Assembly (NCBI GenBank): GCA_016869765.1
Contig: VGES01000011.1
Coordinates: 11,401 to 75,400 of the forward strand
Direction: 5' to 3'
From: Alphaproteobacteria bacterium
GTDB lineage: Bacteria > Pseudomonadota > Alphaproteobacteria > SHVP01
Length of the DNA stretch: 64,000 nt
In this document: piece after piece, positions 22,102 through 31,602 of the stretch
Numbering within the stretch: position 1 is the stretch's first letter
Layout: every line of letters begins with the position of its first letter
Notes under the pieces: model-generated
Databases searched by the model: none
Seen by the model: the letters and a program-made list of their open reading frames with translations, nothing else
Told to the model about the DNA's origin: nothing
Position numbers and translations under genes: made by a program

Positions 22102-25100
22102 ATGGATGCCGACACCACAACCGCGAACGGTCGCTGGCAGTTCTGGATCGACCGTGGCGGCACGTTCACCGACGTCGTCGGACTTCGGCCAGACGGCCGC
22201 CTGATCACTCACAAGCTGCTATCCGAGAATCCCGAGCGATACCAGGACGCGGCCATCCAGGGCATCCGCGACCTCCTGGGCCTCGTGGCGGACGCGCCTC
22301 TGCCACCCGAACGCATCGCCGCCGTAAAGATGGGAACCACGGTGGCGACCAATGCGTTGCTCGAGCGCAAGGGCGAACCCACGGTGCTGGTGACGACTCG
22401 CGGGTTGGGCGACGTTCTGCGCATCGGCTACCAGAACCGGCCGCGCCTGTTCGCTCGCCACATCGTCCTGCCCGAGCAGCTCTATCGCGGCGTCATCGAG
22501 GCCGACGAGCGGCTGACGGCGCAAGGCGACGTCCTTCGCGCCCTCGACGAGCGATCTTTGCGCACCGATCTCGCGAGAGTCCATGCCCAAGGTCTACGCG
22601 CGGTCGCGATCGTATTCATGCACGGCTATCGCTATCCCCAACACGAGGTGCGGGCGGCCGCGATCGCCCGCGAGATCGGCTTCACCCAGGTCTCGGTCTC
22701 GCACCGGGTCAGCCCGTTGATGAAGATCGTCGGGCGCGGCGACACCACGATGATCGACGCCTATCTCTCACCCGTGTTGCGCCGCTACGTCGAACGGTTG
22801 GAAGGCCAGCTCACGGGCACGCGGGTCTATTTCATGCAGTCGAACGGCGGCCTCGCAGCGGCACGAAAATTTGCCGGCAAGGACGCCATCCTGTCGGGTC
22901 CGGCTGGCGGCATCGTTGGGGCCGTACGGACCAGCGCCCGCGCCGGGTTCTCCCAAGTCATCGGCTTCGACATGGGGGGAACCTCGACGGATGTCGCTCA
23001 CTTCGACGGCCAGTTCGAACGCGTGTTCGAAACCGAGGTTGCCGGCGTACGACTCCGCGCACCGATGCTGGCCATCCATACCGTGGCGGCCGGCGGAGGC
23101 TCGGTCCTGCATTTCGACGGCGCCCGCTTCCGGGTCGGCCCCGACTCGGCGGGGGCCAACCCCGGGCCGGCGTGTTATCGCCGCGGCGGCCCGCTGACCG
23201 TGACCGATGCGAACGTGTGCGTCGGGGCGATCCGCCCCGACCGTTTTCCAGCCGTATTCGGACCGGACGGGCGCCAGCCCCTGGATGCCGAGGTGGTGCG
23301 CCGCGGGTTTGCCGACCTGGCGCTGACGATCGCGCGGGCAACAGGGCGGACGACCACGGCTGAGGCCGTCGCCACCGGTTTTATTGCGATCGCCGTCGAC
23401 AACATGGCAAACGCCATCAAGAAGGTCTCCGTCCAACGCGGCCACGACGTCACGGGCTACACGCTGTGCTGTTTCGGGGGCGCCGGCGGCCAACACGCAT
23501 GTCGGGTGGCCGACGCCCTCGGTATGTCGCGCGTGTTCGTTCACCGCCAGGCCAGCGTGCTCTCGGCGCTCGGAATCGGCCTCGCGGATCAGGTTGCGGT
23601 CCGCGAACGCGCCGTCGAATCGCCGCTCGACGAAGCCGCACTGGCAACGCTCGCCGAGGGGTTTTCGACCCTTGCCGCGAACGCCCGCGAGCAACTCGCC
23701 GACCGAGGTCTGGCAGGCGACGTCGTCGTCCGCGAGACATTGCTCCTCCGCTATCACGGGTCGGACTCTGCGTTGGCGATCGAATACGGCCCCTTCTCCG
23801 AAGTCGTGGCCGGCTTTACGGCGGCGCATCGCCGGCAGTTCGGCTTCGTCGACGAAAACCGGGGACTGGTCATCGAAGCCATCCAAGTGGAGGCCGTGGC
23901 ACGCGCCCCCGAAGTCGACATGGCGACGGCCGACGAGCCCGCGCCCATCAGACCGACGACGCGCGGGCCGCTTTACGCCGGTGGGCGCTGGCAGGAGGCT
24001 CCCATCGAGGACTGGTCGTCCTTGCAGCCTCGTCATGCGTTGGAAGGGCCGGCGCTCGTCGTCGAACGGCACACCACGGTCGTCGTCGAAGACGGTTGGC
24101 AGGCTGAGCGCACCGAACGCGACGAACTCATACTCACCCGCCATCGGCCGCGCCCGGCGCGAACGGCCCTTGGAACCGATGTCGACCCCGTCACGCTCGA
24201 GATCTTCAACAACCTGTTCATGTCGGTTGCCGAAGAAATGGGCGTCGTGCTCCAGAACACCGCGAGTTCGGTCAACATCAAGGAGCGCCTCGACTTCTCC
24301 TGTGCCATCTTCGACCACGACGGCAACCTGGTGGCCAACGCGCCGCATTTGCCGGTCCACCTCGGCTCGATGGGGGAGAGCGTTCGTTCCGTTATCCGGC
24401 AGCATCGCCCAACGATGCGACCAGGGGACGTGTTCGTCCTGAACGCCCCCTACAACGGCGGCACACACCTGCCCGACGTCACCGTCATCACGCCGGTCTT
24501 CGATACGGCGGGACGGGAACCGTTGTTCTTCACCGGCAACCGTGGGCACCACGCGGATGTCGGCGGCCGGACCCCGGGCTCGATGCCGCCCAATTCCCGC
24601 ACCATCGTCGAAGAGGGCGTACTCCTCGACAACGTGCTGATCGTCCGGGACGGCCGCTTTCGCGAGGCCGAGATACGGTCGTTGCTCGCCGCCGGGCTGT
24701 ACCCGGCCCGCAATCCCGATCAGAACATCGCCGATCTCAGAGCCCAGGTCGCCGCCAACGAAAACGGCGCCCGGGCGCTGCATCGCATGATCGCGCAATA
24801 CGGCTGGGACACGGTGCGCGCCTACATGGCCCACGTCCAAGCCAACGCCGAGGAGCACGTTCGACAGGTCATCGACGCGCTACATGACGGCTCCTTCACC
24901 TACCCACTCGATGACGGTGCCGCTATCAGCGTCCGGGTGTCGATCGATCGCTCGGCGCGACAGGCCACGATCGATTTCAGCGGCACGACCAGCCAACACC
25001 CGGGGTGCTTCAACGCCCCCAAGGCCGTGACCACCGCAGCCGTTCTGTACGTATTCCGCACCCTCGTGGACGACGACATCCCGCTCAACGAAGGCTGCCT

Positions 25101-25734
25101 CAAACCGTTGACGTTGGTCATCCCCGAGGGGTCGATGCTGGCCCCGCACGCGCCCGCAGCCGTCGTCGCCGGCAACGTCGAGACCTCCCAGAACATCACG
25201 GACGCGCTCTACGGGGCCCTGGGCGTGATGGCCGGCGCACAAGGCACGATGAACAACTTCACGTTCGGCAGCGACCGCTGGCAGTATTACGAGACCATCG
25301 CGGGCGGCTCCGGTGCCGGCCCCGACTTCGATGGCGTGGCGGCGGTGCAGGTGCACATGACGAACACCCGGATCACCGATCCGGAGGTCCTCGAGTGGCG
25401 TTTCCCGGTCCTGGTGGACCGCCACGCCATCCTGCCCGGGACAGGCGGCGGTGGCCGCCAGCGTGGCGGCGATGCCGTCGAACGCCGCATCCGCTTCCGC
25501 GCACCGATGACCGCGGCTATTCTCGCCAGCCATCGTCGGGTTCCGCCATTCGGTCAGGCCGGAGGCGAACCCGGCCGGTGCGGGCGCAACTGGGTCGAAC
25601 GAGCCGACGGACAGCGCGAGGTCGGCGAGAGCGGCTGCTGGGAGGTTGCCGTCGAACCGGGAGATGTTTTTGTCGTGGTAACGCCGTCAGGCGGAGGCTT
25701 TGGGGCGCCTGCGTCGAAGGGGTCGAAGCGGTGA
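22102..25734 (+). CDS. Fused hydantoinase A/B / ATP-dependent 5-oxoprolinase
   Basis: IDRGGTFTD, MGTTVATNALLERKG, DMGGTSTD, SVNIKERLDFSCA, HLPVHLGSM, GNVETSQ, QGTMNN; start 22102 or 22084. Confidence 0.93.
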   Translation: MDADTTTANGRWQFWIDRGGTFTDVVGLRPDGRLITHKLLSENPERYQDAAIQGIRDLLGLVADAPLPPERIAAVKMGTTVATNALLERKGEPTVLVTTRGLGDVLRIGYQNRPRLFARHIVLPEQLYRGVIEADERLTAQGDVLRALDERSLRTDLARVHAQGLRAVAIVFMHGYRYPQHEVRAAAIAREIGFTQVSVSHRVSPLMKIVGRGDTTMIDAYLSPVLRRYVERLEGQLTGTRVYFMQSNGGLAAARKFAGKDAILSGPAGGIVGAVRTSARAGFSQVIGFDMGGTSTDVAHFDGQFERVFETEVAGVRLRAPMLAIHTVAAGGGSVLHFDGARFRVGPDSAGANPGPACYRRGGPLTVTDANVCVGAIRPDRFPAVFGPDGRQPLDAEVVRRGFADLALTIARATGRTTTAEAVATGFIAIAVDNMANAIKKVSVQRGHDVTGYTLCCFGGAGGQHACRVADALGMSRVFVHRQASVLSALGIGLADQVAVRERAVESPLDEAALATLAEGFSTLAANAREQLADRGLAGDVVVRETLLLRYHGSDSALAIEYGPFSEVVAGFTAAHRRQFGFVDENRGLVIEAIQVEAVARAPEVDMATADEPAPIRPTTRGPLYAGGRWQEAPIEDWSSLQPRHALEGPALVVERHTTVVVEDGWQAERTERDELILTRHRPRPARTALGTDVDPVTLEIFNNLFMSVAEEMGVVLQNTASSVNIKERLDFSCAIFDHDGNLVANAPHLPVHLGSMGESVRSVIRQHRPTMRPGDVFVLNAPYNGGTHLPDVTVITPVFDTAGREPLFFTGNRGHHADVGGRTPGSMPPNSRTIVEEGVLLDNVLIVRDGRFREAEIRSLLAAGLYPARNPDQNIADLRAQVAANENGARALHRMIAQYGWDTVRAYMAHVQANAEEHVRQVIDALHDGSFTYPLDDGAAISVRVSIDRSARQATIDFSGTTSQHPGCFNAPKAVTTAAVLYVFRTLVDDDIPLNEGCLKPLTLVIPEGSMLAPHAPAAVVAGNVETSQNITDALYGALGVMAGAQGTMNNFTFGSDRWQYYETIAGGSGAGPDFDGVAAVQVHMTNTRITDPEVLEWRFPVLVDRHAILPGTGGGGRQRGGDAVERRIRFRAPMTAAILASHRRVPPFGQAGGEPGRCGRNWVERADGQREVGESGCWEVAVEPGDVFVVVTPSGGGFGAPASKGSKR

Positions 25735-26735
25735 GTGATTCACAGAACCGGGGAACGTTCTGGCGACGATCGCGCCAGGAGGCGCCTTCCGAGGTGCCGG
25801 CCATCGATCCTCGTTTTCATCCGCTGCCCGGGTGGCGGTGGGGCGTGTTTCTCAACGCCGAAGGCATGAAGCTGCGCTACGGCTGGGCCGACCCGACGGT
25901 GCCGTTGCGGGCCACCGTTGTGACGTTGCCGGGGTTCGGCGGGTTCGCCGAGCAGTGGTTCGAGCTGTTCCGCGATTTGCTGGACCGCGGGCTTGCCGTG
26001 CGCCATCTCGATTGGCGAGGTCAAGGCGGCTCACAACGCTATCTCAAGAATACCCACAAGATGCATTCGGCGGGCTACGACAAGGACGTGGCCGACTTGC
26101 AGCGCTTCCTCAACCGCGCGATGCGCCGGGACTCGACCAAACCCATGTTCCTGCTCGCCCATTCGATGGGCGCGCATCTGGCACTTCGCTACCTGCACGA
26201 TCACCCCGGACGATTCGCGGGCGCCTTCTTCACCGCACCGATGCTGCATCTCCGGCGCCTCGGGGCTACGTCATTGCGCGTCGTACAGCTGATGAACGTG
26301 CTCGGGTTCGGCGAACGATACGTGCCCGGGCATCGCGATTGGGTGTTCCGCCCCGAATACTCCGTCGACATGAGCAACCTGTCGCACGATCCGGTGCGCT
26401 ACCGCATCGCTCAGCTCTACTACCGCGAAAATCCCGGGCTGCGGATCGGCGGGGCAACGTGGCGTTGGTTGCGCGAGACGCTGCGCTCGACTCGCGTGGT
26501 CAATGGCGAGGCCTACCTGCGTTCGATCACCACTCCAGTCCTCCTGGCGACCGGTGGCAAGGACGACCATATCGACAACATCGCTGTCGCTCGCGCCGCC
26601 CGTCTACTGCCCAACGCTCGGCTGCTGCCGTTCCCGGAGGCCAAGCACGACCTCTGGCTCGAGACCGACGCCGTACGCACAGCGCTTCTCGACAATCTGG
26701 AGGCGTTTCTCCACGAGCAGACGCCGGTCGAGTAG
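25731..26735 (+). CDS. Alpha/beta hydrolase, lysophospholipase L2 (PldB)-like
   Basis: GTG start overlapping the upstream stop; DWRGQGGS, AHSMG nucleophile elbow, AKHDLWLETD. Confidence 0.85.
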   Translation: MSDSQNRGTFWRRSRQEAPSEVPAIDPRFHPLPGWRWGVFLNAEGMKLRYGWADPTVPLRATVVTLPGFGGFAEQWFELFRDLLDRGLAVRHLDWRGQGGSQRYLKNTHKMHSAGYDKDVADLQRFLNRAMRRDSTKPMFLLAHSMGAHLALRYLHDHPGRFAGAFFTAPMLHLRRLGATSLRVVQLMNVLGFGERYVPGHRDWVFRPEYSVDMSNLSHDPVRYRIAQLYYRENPGLRIGGATWRWLRETLRSTRVVNGEAYLRSITTPVLLATGGKDDHIDNIAVARAARLLPNARLLPFPEAKHDLWLETDAVRTALLDNLEAFLHEQTPVE

Positions 26736-26738
26736 GCC

Positions 26739-28076
26739 TCAACGCGAGGGGCGCGCGTCGGCCAAGACAGCGCGAATTGACGTCGCCCAAGCCCCGGCAA
26801 TGACCCGCGCGATCAAGCGACCCGCCGCGGCCTCACCGATCACCGGCGAGGCATAACGACGGAATTTTTCGACGACCTGATCGCGTGACATCGGTCGGGT
26901 GGGATCCCCGAGCACTTCGGTCACCGTCTCGACCTGATCGCCACGATCGTCCGTCATGTGCAAGCGGGCCCCGCGCGATGCGGCGGCCGTCCACACCGGC
27001 TCGGTCTCGACCTCGACCATGGCTTCGAGTGCCTTGGTGCGAGGGTCGGCAAGCGCCGCGGCCGTGTAGGCCTCGGGCGCCAGATCGCCATGGACCAAGG
27101 TGTGGGCCAAGCCGTAGGTGAGGCTGAATTGCGCCTGGATGGGGTGCTTGGGCGCCCGGTTGCCGCAGTAGCGCCGACTCTCCTCGTAAACTTCGAGTCG
27201 CAGCGCGCGGATCTTTCTGTAGTCTCCCCCAGAATCACGCCAACGCTGCGCTGCCGCAGCGCCGTAGTGAACGTGACGCACGGCGGCAAACGGTTTGAGA
27301 TAACCCTGGGTCACGAGCCACGTCCCGGGAGCGCAAAGCACCTTTGCCTTCGGATCCCCTCCCAACGCCAACCGGTCGACCACGTCGAGGCCATCCTCGG
27401 GGGCCGAGACCCCTGCCGCGGCGGCTTGCGCCAACGCGATGCCCTGGGCCGCGGCGTGAGCGACATACGTGTTCCGGGCCGTCGCTCCGGCGGCCACCGG
27501 GCGGTACAGGCTGAACGGCATCTGACACGCTGCGATGCCGATGGCTCGCGCCAGCGCCGCCGGATGCACGCCCCGGTCATCGATCACGCTCGCCGCAGTC
27601 GTCGCCGCGAACAGACCCCACGTCCCGTCGACGTGCATGCCAGCTTTGATCCGCATGACCTCGCCCAGTCGGCCGCCGACCTCGTAACCCGCGATCGTCG
27701 CCCGGGCCACGTCCCCGAGGGTCGCGTCGTTGGACGCCCCGAGCGCGAGGGCGGGTGGAAAGGCGTGCAGGCCGGGGCGGCCATGGGCCCGGATCAGTCC
27801 TTCGCACGCCTCGTCCCAACAGGCGGCCAACGCGGTCACGAACGCGGCGGCCTGCGGCGCCAGCATCGGCCCCCCGGGGACCGCGACAACTCCGGGTTCG
27901 GTTTTCTCGAATGCCCGATGCAACGCCTGAAGCTCTGGCTTTGCGCCACCGGCAATCGCGCAACCGAGCGTATCGAGCAGGAGCAGGCGACTCCGCTCGG
28001 CGACCAACGAATCGGCCAGCGGATCGCCCGCGGCCAGCCACGTCAGGACGCCGGCAATCTGGTTGCTCAGGGTCAT
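26739..28076 (-). CDS. MmgE/PrpD family protein (divergent)
   Basis: LLDTLGCAIAG, IAGYEVG, YLKPF..RHVH, AQFSLTY, GDPTRPMS..KF; 445 aa. Confidence 0.85.
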   Translation of the reverse strand: MTLSNQIAGVLTWLAAGDPLADSLVAERSRLLLLDTLGCAIAGGAKPELQALHRAFEKTEPGVVAVPGGPMLAPQAAAFVTALAACWDEACEGLIRAHGRPGLHAFPPALALGASNDATLGDVARATIAGYEVGGRLGEVMRIKAGMHVDGTWGLFAATTAASVIDDRGVHPAALARAIGIAACQMPFSLYRPVAAGATARNTYVAHAAAQGIALAQAAAAGVSAPEDGLDVVDRLALGGDPKAKVLCAPGTWLVTQGYLKPFAAVRHVHYGAAAAQRWRDSGGDYRKIRALRLEVYEESRRYCGNRAPKHPIQAQFSLTYGLAHTLVHGDLAPEAYTAAALADPRTKALEAMVEVETEPVWTAAASRGARLHMTDDRGDQVETVTEVLGDPTRPMSRDQVVEKFRRYASPVIGEAAAGRLIARVIAGAWATSIRAVLADARPSR

Positions 28077-28149
28077 TGCTGGACGCTATCGCACCTGGGG
28101 GCCTGAGGAACAGCTTGCACCCCAACGCGGCGCCGACCAAATTTGCGCC

Positions 28150-29181
28150 ATGCGTGGGTGGCGATTGCTGATCGGGGCGGCGATGATCATGGTCGCCATG
28201 ATCATCGGGATGGGAAAGGTGTTGGCGCAACAAGTGCCGCTCGAACCACGCTTCAGCGAACCCGAAGGCTGGCGTTGGGGCGAATTCCGCAATGCGGACG
28301 GCGCCCGCATCCGTTACGGCTGGATCATCCCGGCCGACCCGATCGCCACGGTCGTGCTGGTGACGGGCTTCGGCGAGTTCGGCGAAAAGTATTTCGAGTC
28401 GGTGCGCGACCTGACGGCCCGCCGCCTGGCCGTGTGGCAAATGGACTGGCGCGGCCAAGGCGGTTCGGAACGATATCTCGCCAACCGCCAAAAACCGTTC
28501 GCGGCGGGCTACCATCACGACGTGGCCGATCTGCATCAGTTCTCGACCACAGTGGTGCGTCGACCGCCGGGCGGGACCATCGTGCTGCTCGCGCATTCCA
28601 TGGGCGGTCACATTGGGTTGCGTTATCTGCACGACTTCCCCACGACCTTCGACTTCGCGGTGATGTCGGCACCGATGATCGCGATCAAGGAACGCGGTGG
28701 GATACCTCTCTGGCTGGGGCGTGCGATGGCGATGATCGCGCGCCGCCTCGGGTTTGCCGAGGCTTACGTTCCGGGAAGCGGCGACTGGGCGTTCAAAGCC
28801 GACTTCAAGGTCGAGGACAGCAACGTCTCGCAAGATCCGGTGCGCTACCGGGTGGCGCAGGACTACCAAGCGCGCAAACCCGATCTCCAGTTGGGCGGCG
28901 CAACGTTCGGCTGGCTCGACAACGCCTTTCGTTCGATCACGCTGCTGAACGAGGAAAGTTATCTGCGCGCGATTCGCACGCCGTTGCTGATGGGAACCCC
29001 ACAAAACGAGCAGGTCGTCCAGACCGCCGCTCAGGATCGTGCTTGTTCGCTGATGGGACGTTGCGAGCAGGTTCGCATCGAGGGGGCCAAGCACGAGATC
29101 TGGATGGAACGGGACGAGTATCGTCGTCAATGGCTGGCGGCCATCGATCGCTTCGTCGCGGCCCGCCTACAGCGGCGGTAG
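28150..29181 (+). CDS. Alpha/beta hydrolase, PldB-like, with N-terminal signal peptide
   Basis: MRGWRLLIGAAMIMVAMIIGMGKVLA signal-like leader; DWRGQGGS, AHSMGG, AKHEIWMERD; paralog of 25731-26735. Confidence 0.85.
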   Translation: MRGWRLLIGAAMIMVAMIIGMGKVLAQQVPLEPRFSEPEGWRWGEFRNADGARIRYGWIIPADPIATVVLVTGFGEFGEKYFESVRDLTARRLAVWQMDWRGQGGSERYLANRQKPFAAGYHHDVADLHQFSTTVVRRPPGGTIVLLAHSMGGHIGLRYLHDFPTTFDFAVMSAPMIAIKERGGIPLWLGRAMAMIARRLGFAEAYVPGSGDWAFKADFKVEDSNVSQDPVRYRVAQDYQARKPDLQLGGATFGWLDNAFRSITLLNEESYLRAIRTPLLMGTPQNEQVVQTAAQDRACSLMGRCEQVRIEGAKHEIWMERDEYRRQWLAAIDRFVAARLQRR

Positions 29182-29460
29182 CCGAACGTGCGGGCACGCC
29201 CAGCCACACACCAATCCGGCGCGCCGAGGGACAAGCCGGAACAATTCGCCGCCCTCGGGCCATCGTCGAGACGGCTACAGTGACACAATGCGGCCCGGAC
29301 CGATTTCAGGGCCGGTGCCTTCAGCCACCGGACCCCCATCCGATTGGCCGGAGTCCGCCGCCTCGAGATCACCAAGGGGCGACATATCGGCATAGGAACG
29401 AGCTTCTCCACTTGGGCAAGAAACCCAGCCGGGAGGAGTTCGCTGAGTCAAGCGCCTTGG

Positions 29461-29489
29461 TTGATTCTACTAACGCAGATTGCTATATG
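29461..29489 (+). promoter_or_regulatory. Sigma70-like promoter of the RelE-HTH TA operon
   Basis: TTGATT-N17-TATATG (in a GCTATAT context) ending 5 nt before ATG 29495. Confidence 0.6.
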
Positions 29490-29494
29490 ACCGC

Positions 29495-29752
29495 ATGTGG
29501 GCAGTTTCCTACACCACCGACGCCATCAAAGTCCTCAGCCGACTGGACCCTATGACGGCCAAGCGCATCCGTGCGAAGATCTTGGCACTCGCGGCCGATC
29601 CGCTCTCTGCCAACAACAACGTTACCAAGCTGGTCGGCGTTGATGGCTACCGGCTACGCGTCGGTGACTGGCGCGTGGTCTACACGTTAAGGCGGCGCGT
29701 TCTCACGGTCATCGTGATCCGCATTGGTCATCGGAGCGACATATACAGATGA
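29495..29752 (+). CDS. Type II toxin, RelE/ParE family
   Basis: 85-aa basic protein, KLVG..GYRLRVGDWRVVY, IGHRSDIY. Confidence 0.92.
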   Translation: MWAVSYTTDAIKVLSRLDPMTAKRIRAKILALAADPLSANNNVTKLVGVDGYRLRVGDWRVVYTLRRRVLTVIVIRIGHRSDIYR

Positions 29753-30120
29753 AACACCAAGTCATCAGCCGGGACGGCAAACCGGCCTTTGTCGTGATCC
29801 CGATCGAAGAGTGGCGACAAATCTCGGCGACGCTCGAAGATCGGAGTGACACTGCTGCCGTGCGAGCGTTTCTCGGGAGCACCCAGGCAACGTTTCCGGA
29901 CGCTGTGGTGAAAGCCATCCTCGACGGCGCACACCCGATCAGGGCGTTTCGGGAGTACCGGGGGATAACCCAAGCAGAACTCGCATCTCAAATCGGAAGC
30001 AGCGCCGCCTACATCTCGCAACTCGAACGTGGCGTCCGGCATGCGGGATACAGGTTGCGGAAAAAGCTCGGTTCCGCGTTGAAGATCGAGGCGGGTTTGC
30101 TCGAAGCCGACCGCAGTTGA
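29749..30120 (+). CDS. Antitoxin with Phd-like N-terminus and C-terminal XRE HTH
   Basis: ATGA overlap with the toxin; RDGKPAFVVIPIEEW; PIRAFREYRGITQAELASQIGSSAAYISQLERG. Confidence 0.88.
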   Translation: MKHQVISRDGKPAFVVIPIEEWRQISATLEDRSDTAAVRAFLGSTQATFPDAVVKAILDGAHPIRAFREYRGITQAELASQIGSSAAYISQLERGVRHAGYRLRKKLGSALKIEAGLLEADRS

Positions 30121-30197
30121 GGCCGATCGCAATCGCCCTGAAGCTGCAAACGACCGACCGACGCATCACCTTAGGTTCCGCTGCGCGGCAACGTTGG

Positions 30198-30358
30198 GCA
30201 TTTCACGTCACGGTCACCACTCCGTGGGACGGAAGCCTCGCCAGCAACCCGAGCGGACGAAACACTCCCACACGTGTCTCCCCCTGCTGTGGGACAGCGG
30301 CCATCCTGGCCCTCTGACCCAGCGGCCGGCCGGTTCGGGTGGAATCCGGGTGAAATGC
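30198..30358. ncRNA. Candidate structured RNA or miniature element (unknown family)
   Basis: 9-bp perfect terminal inverted repeat GCATTTCAC/GTGAAATGC enclosing four further nested stems, between convergent genes; no family recognised. Confidence 0.4.
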
Positions 30359-30365
30359 AGGCCAC

Positions 30366-30704
30366 CTACACGGCCTGCGCTCTTAGCACCTCGCATTTGG
30401 CGGCCATGATCAGGTCGTTGCGCGTCAAGCCGCCCGCGTCGTGGGTCGTGAACGCAACGCGCACATAGCCCCATCCCAACGCCAGGTCGGGATGGTGATT
30501 CTCGGACTCGGCAATCGCGCCGAGTTCGTTCACGAACGCCAACGCCTCGGTGAAGTTCTTGAAGCGGTAGTCGCGTTCGATGCGTTGATGATCGGTACTG
30601 AGCACCCAGGCCGGCAACGCCGAGATCAGCGATCGTATCTCGGCTTCGCCCAGCCGGACCATCCCGCGCCGGCTCGCGACACAGTGCTCGTCGGCCAGCG
30701 CCAC
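30366..30704 (-). CDS. phhB: Pterin-4-alpha-carbinolamine dehydratase
   Basis: FKNF..ALAFVN, ESENHHPDL, THDAGGLTRNDLIMAAK. Confidence 0.92.
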   Translation of the reverse strand: MALADEHCVASRRGMVRLGEAEIRSLISALPAWVLSTDHQRIERDYRFKNFTEALAFVNELGAIAESENHHPDLALGWGYVRVAFTTHDAGGLTRNDLIMAAKCEVLRAQAV

Positions 30705-30991
30705 TACAGGCCCTCGACGGCGATGGCGCGCGAGTTCGAGGCGCGGAGGCGCTGGGCGAGCAGCGGACGATATTCGGGCGAATCGTAGAAGCGCTTTAGC
30801 GCCGCCATGTCGGCGAATTCGATCACCACGAAACGATGGGGTTTCCAGTCGCCTTCGAGCGTTTCGTGCCGACCGCCGCGAACGAGAAACCGGCCGCCGT
30901 ACTTGGCGAGAACCGCTCCGGTCTGGGACCGGTAGGCGTCATAGGTCACCTGATCGGTGACCTCGACATCGACCATCAGGTAGGCAGCCAT
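30704..30991 (-). CDS. DUF1330 family protein
   Basis: Start re-set to MAAYLMVDVEV (ATG 30991, AAGGAG RBS); YGGRFLVRGG..LEGDW..VVIEF..FYDSPEY. Confidence 0.9.
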   Translation of the reverse strand: MAAYLMVDVEVTDQVTYDAYRSQTGAVLAKYGGRFLVRGGRHETLEGDWKPHRFVVIEFADMAALKRFYDSPEYRPLLAQRLRASNSRAIAVEGL

Positions 30992-30992
30992 G

Positions 30993-31496
30993 TCATTCTC
31001 CTTGCCAAAGACCGTGGCGGCGGTGCCAGGCCTCGATGGACTCTTTTGGATACACGCCGAAACGTTTCTGCCGCCCGTGTCGTGGCACGGCGAGCCAGCG
31101 CGGCTTGTAGTCGAGCATGATGTGTACCGTTTCTGGCGGCGTGGGCAACGGCGTGTCGACCGCCGAGGCAAACGGGTGGACGAGTTCTGGCCAACGGGGA
31201 TCGTAGACCCATAGGGCACTGCCGCAACACCCACAGAAGTGGCGGCGCGCCGGACTCAATCCCCGGGCCCGGCGACCGCCATGCTCCGTCTTGCGCCGAG
31301 CCACCCGATAGACCTTGAGATACCGACGGCCACGCACTTCCAGCGTGGCCGAGTCGCCCGACAGGTTGATACCGTACCCGCCCGACCCCGCGGTTTTGCG
31401 GCAGATGCCGCAATAGCAGCGCATGAACGGGTGGGGGGCGTGGGATTCGACGCTGAAGCGAACACGTCCGCAATGGCAACTGCCGGTGAGTTTCAT
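30993..31496 (-). CDS. GFA / CENP-V family zinc protein
   Basis: MKLTGSCHCG, CYCGICRK, RHFCGCCGSALW. Confidence 0.9.
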   Translation of the reverse strand: MKLTGSCHCGRVRFSVESHAPHPFMRCYCGICRKTAGSGGYGINLSGDSATLEVRGRRYLKVYRVARRKTEHGGRRARGLSPARRHFCGCCGSALWVYDPRWPELVHPFASAVDTPLPTPPETVHIMLDYKPRWLAVPRHGRQKRFGVYPKESIEAWHRRHGLWQGE

Positions 31497-31602
31497 CGGG
31501 GTACCTCTTCCAATCCGTATCTGGCGTGCGGCCAACCGATGACGGCACCGCGGGCCCATGATAGGTAAGGAACAGGCGCCGCCAAGAGCGCCGGAGGACG
31601 GC

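Noticed and set aside
22768-24858. 696-aa antisense ORF opposite the oxoprolinase, and similar ones such as 37900-39945 opposite metH
   Set aside because: Shadow ORFs caused by GC3 codon bias; no recognisable domains.
29182-29460. 280-nt gap upstream of the first TA module
   Set aside because: No convincing ORF, att-like direct repeat or RNA family motif found by eye.
30140-30265. Partial resemblances to the tmRNA resume site (GCAAACGAC), ykkC or c-di-GMP riboswitch fragments (TAGGTTCCG, GTGGGACG..AAGCCTC) and the hammerhead GACGAAAC
   Set aside because: Each lacks its other required core elements (no tag peptide or tRNA-like domain, no CUGANGA), and there is no downstream co-oriented gene to regulate.
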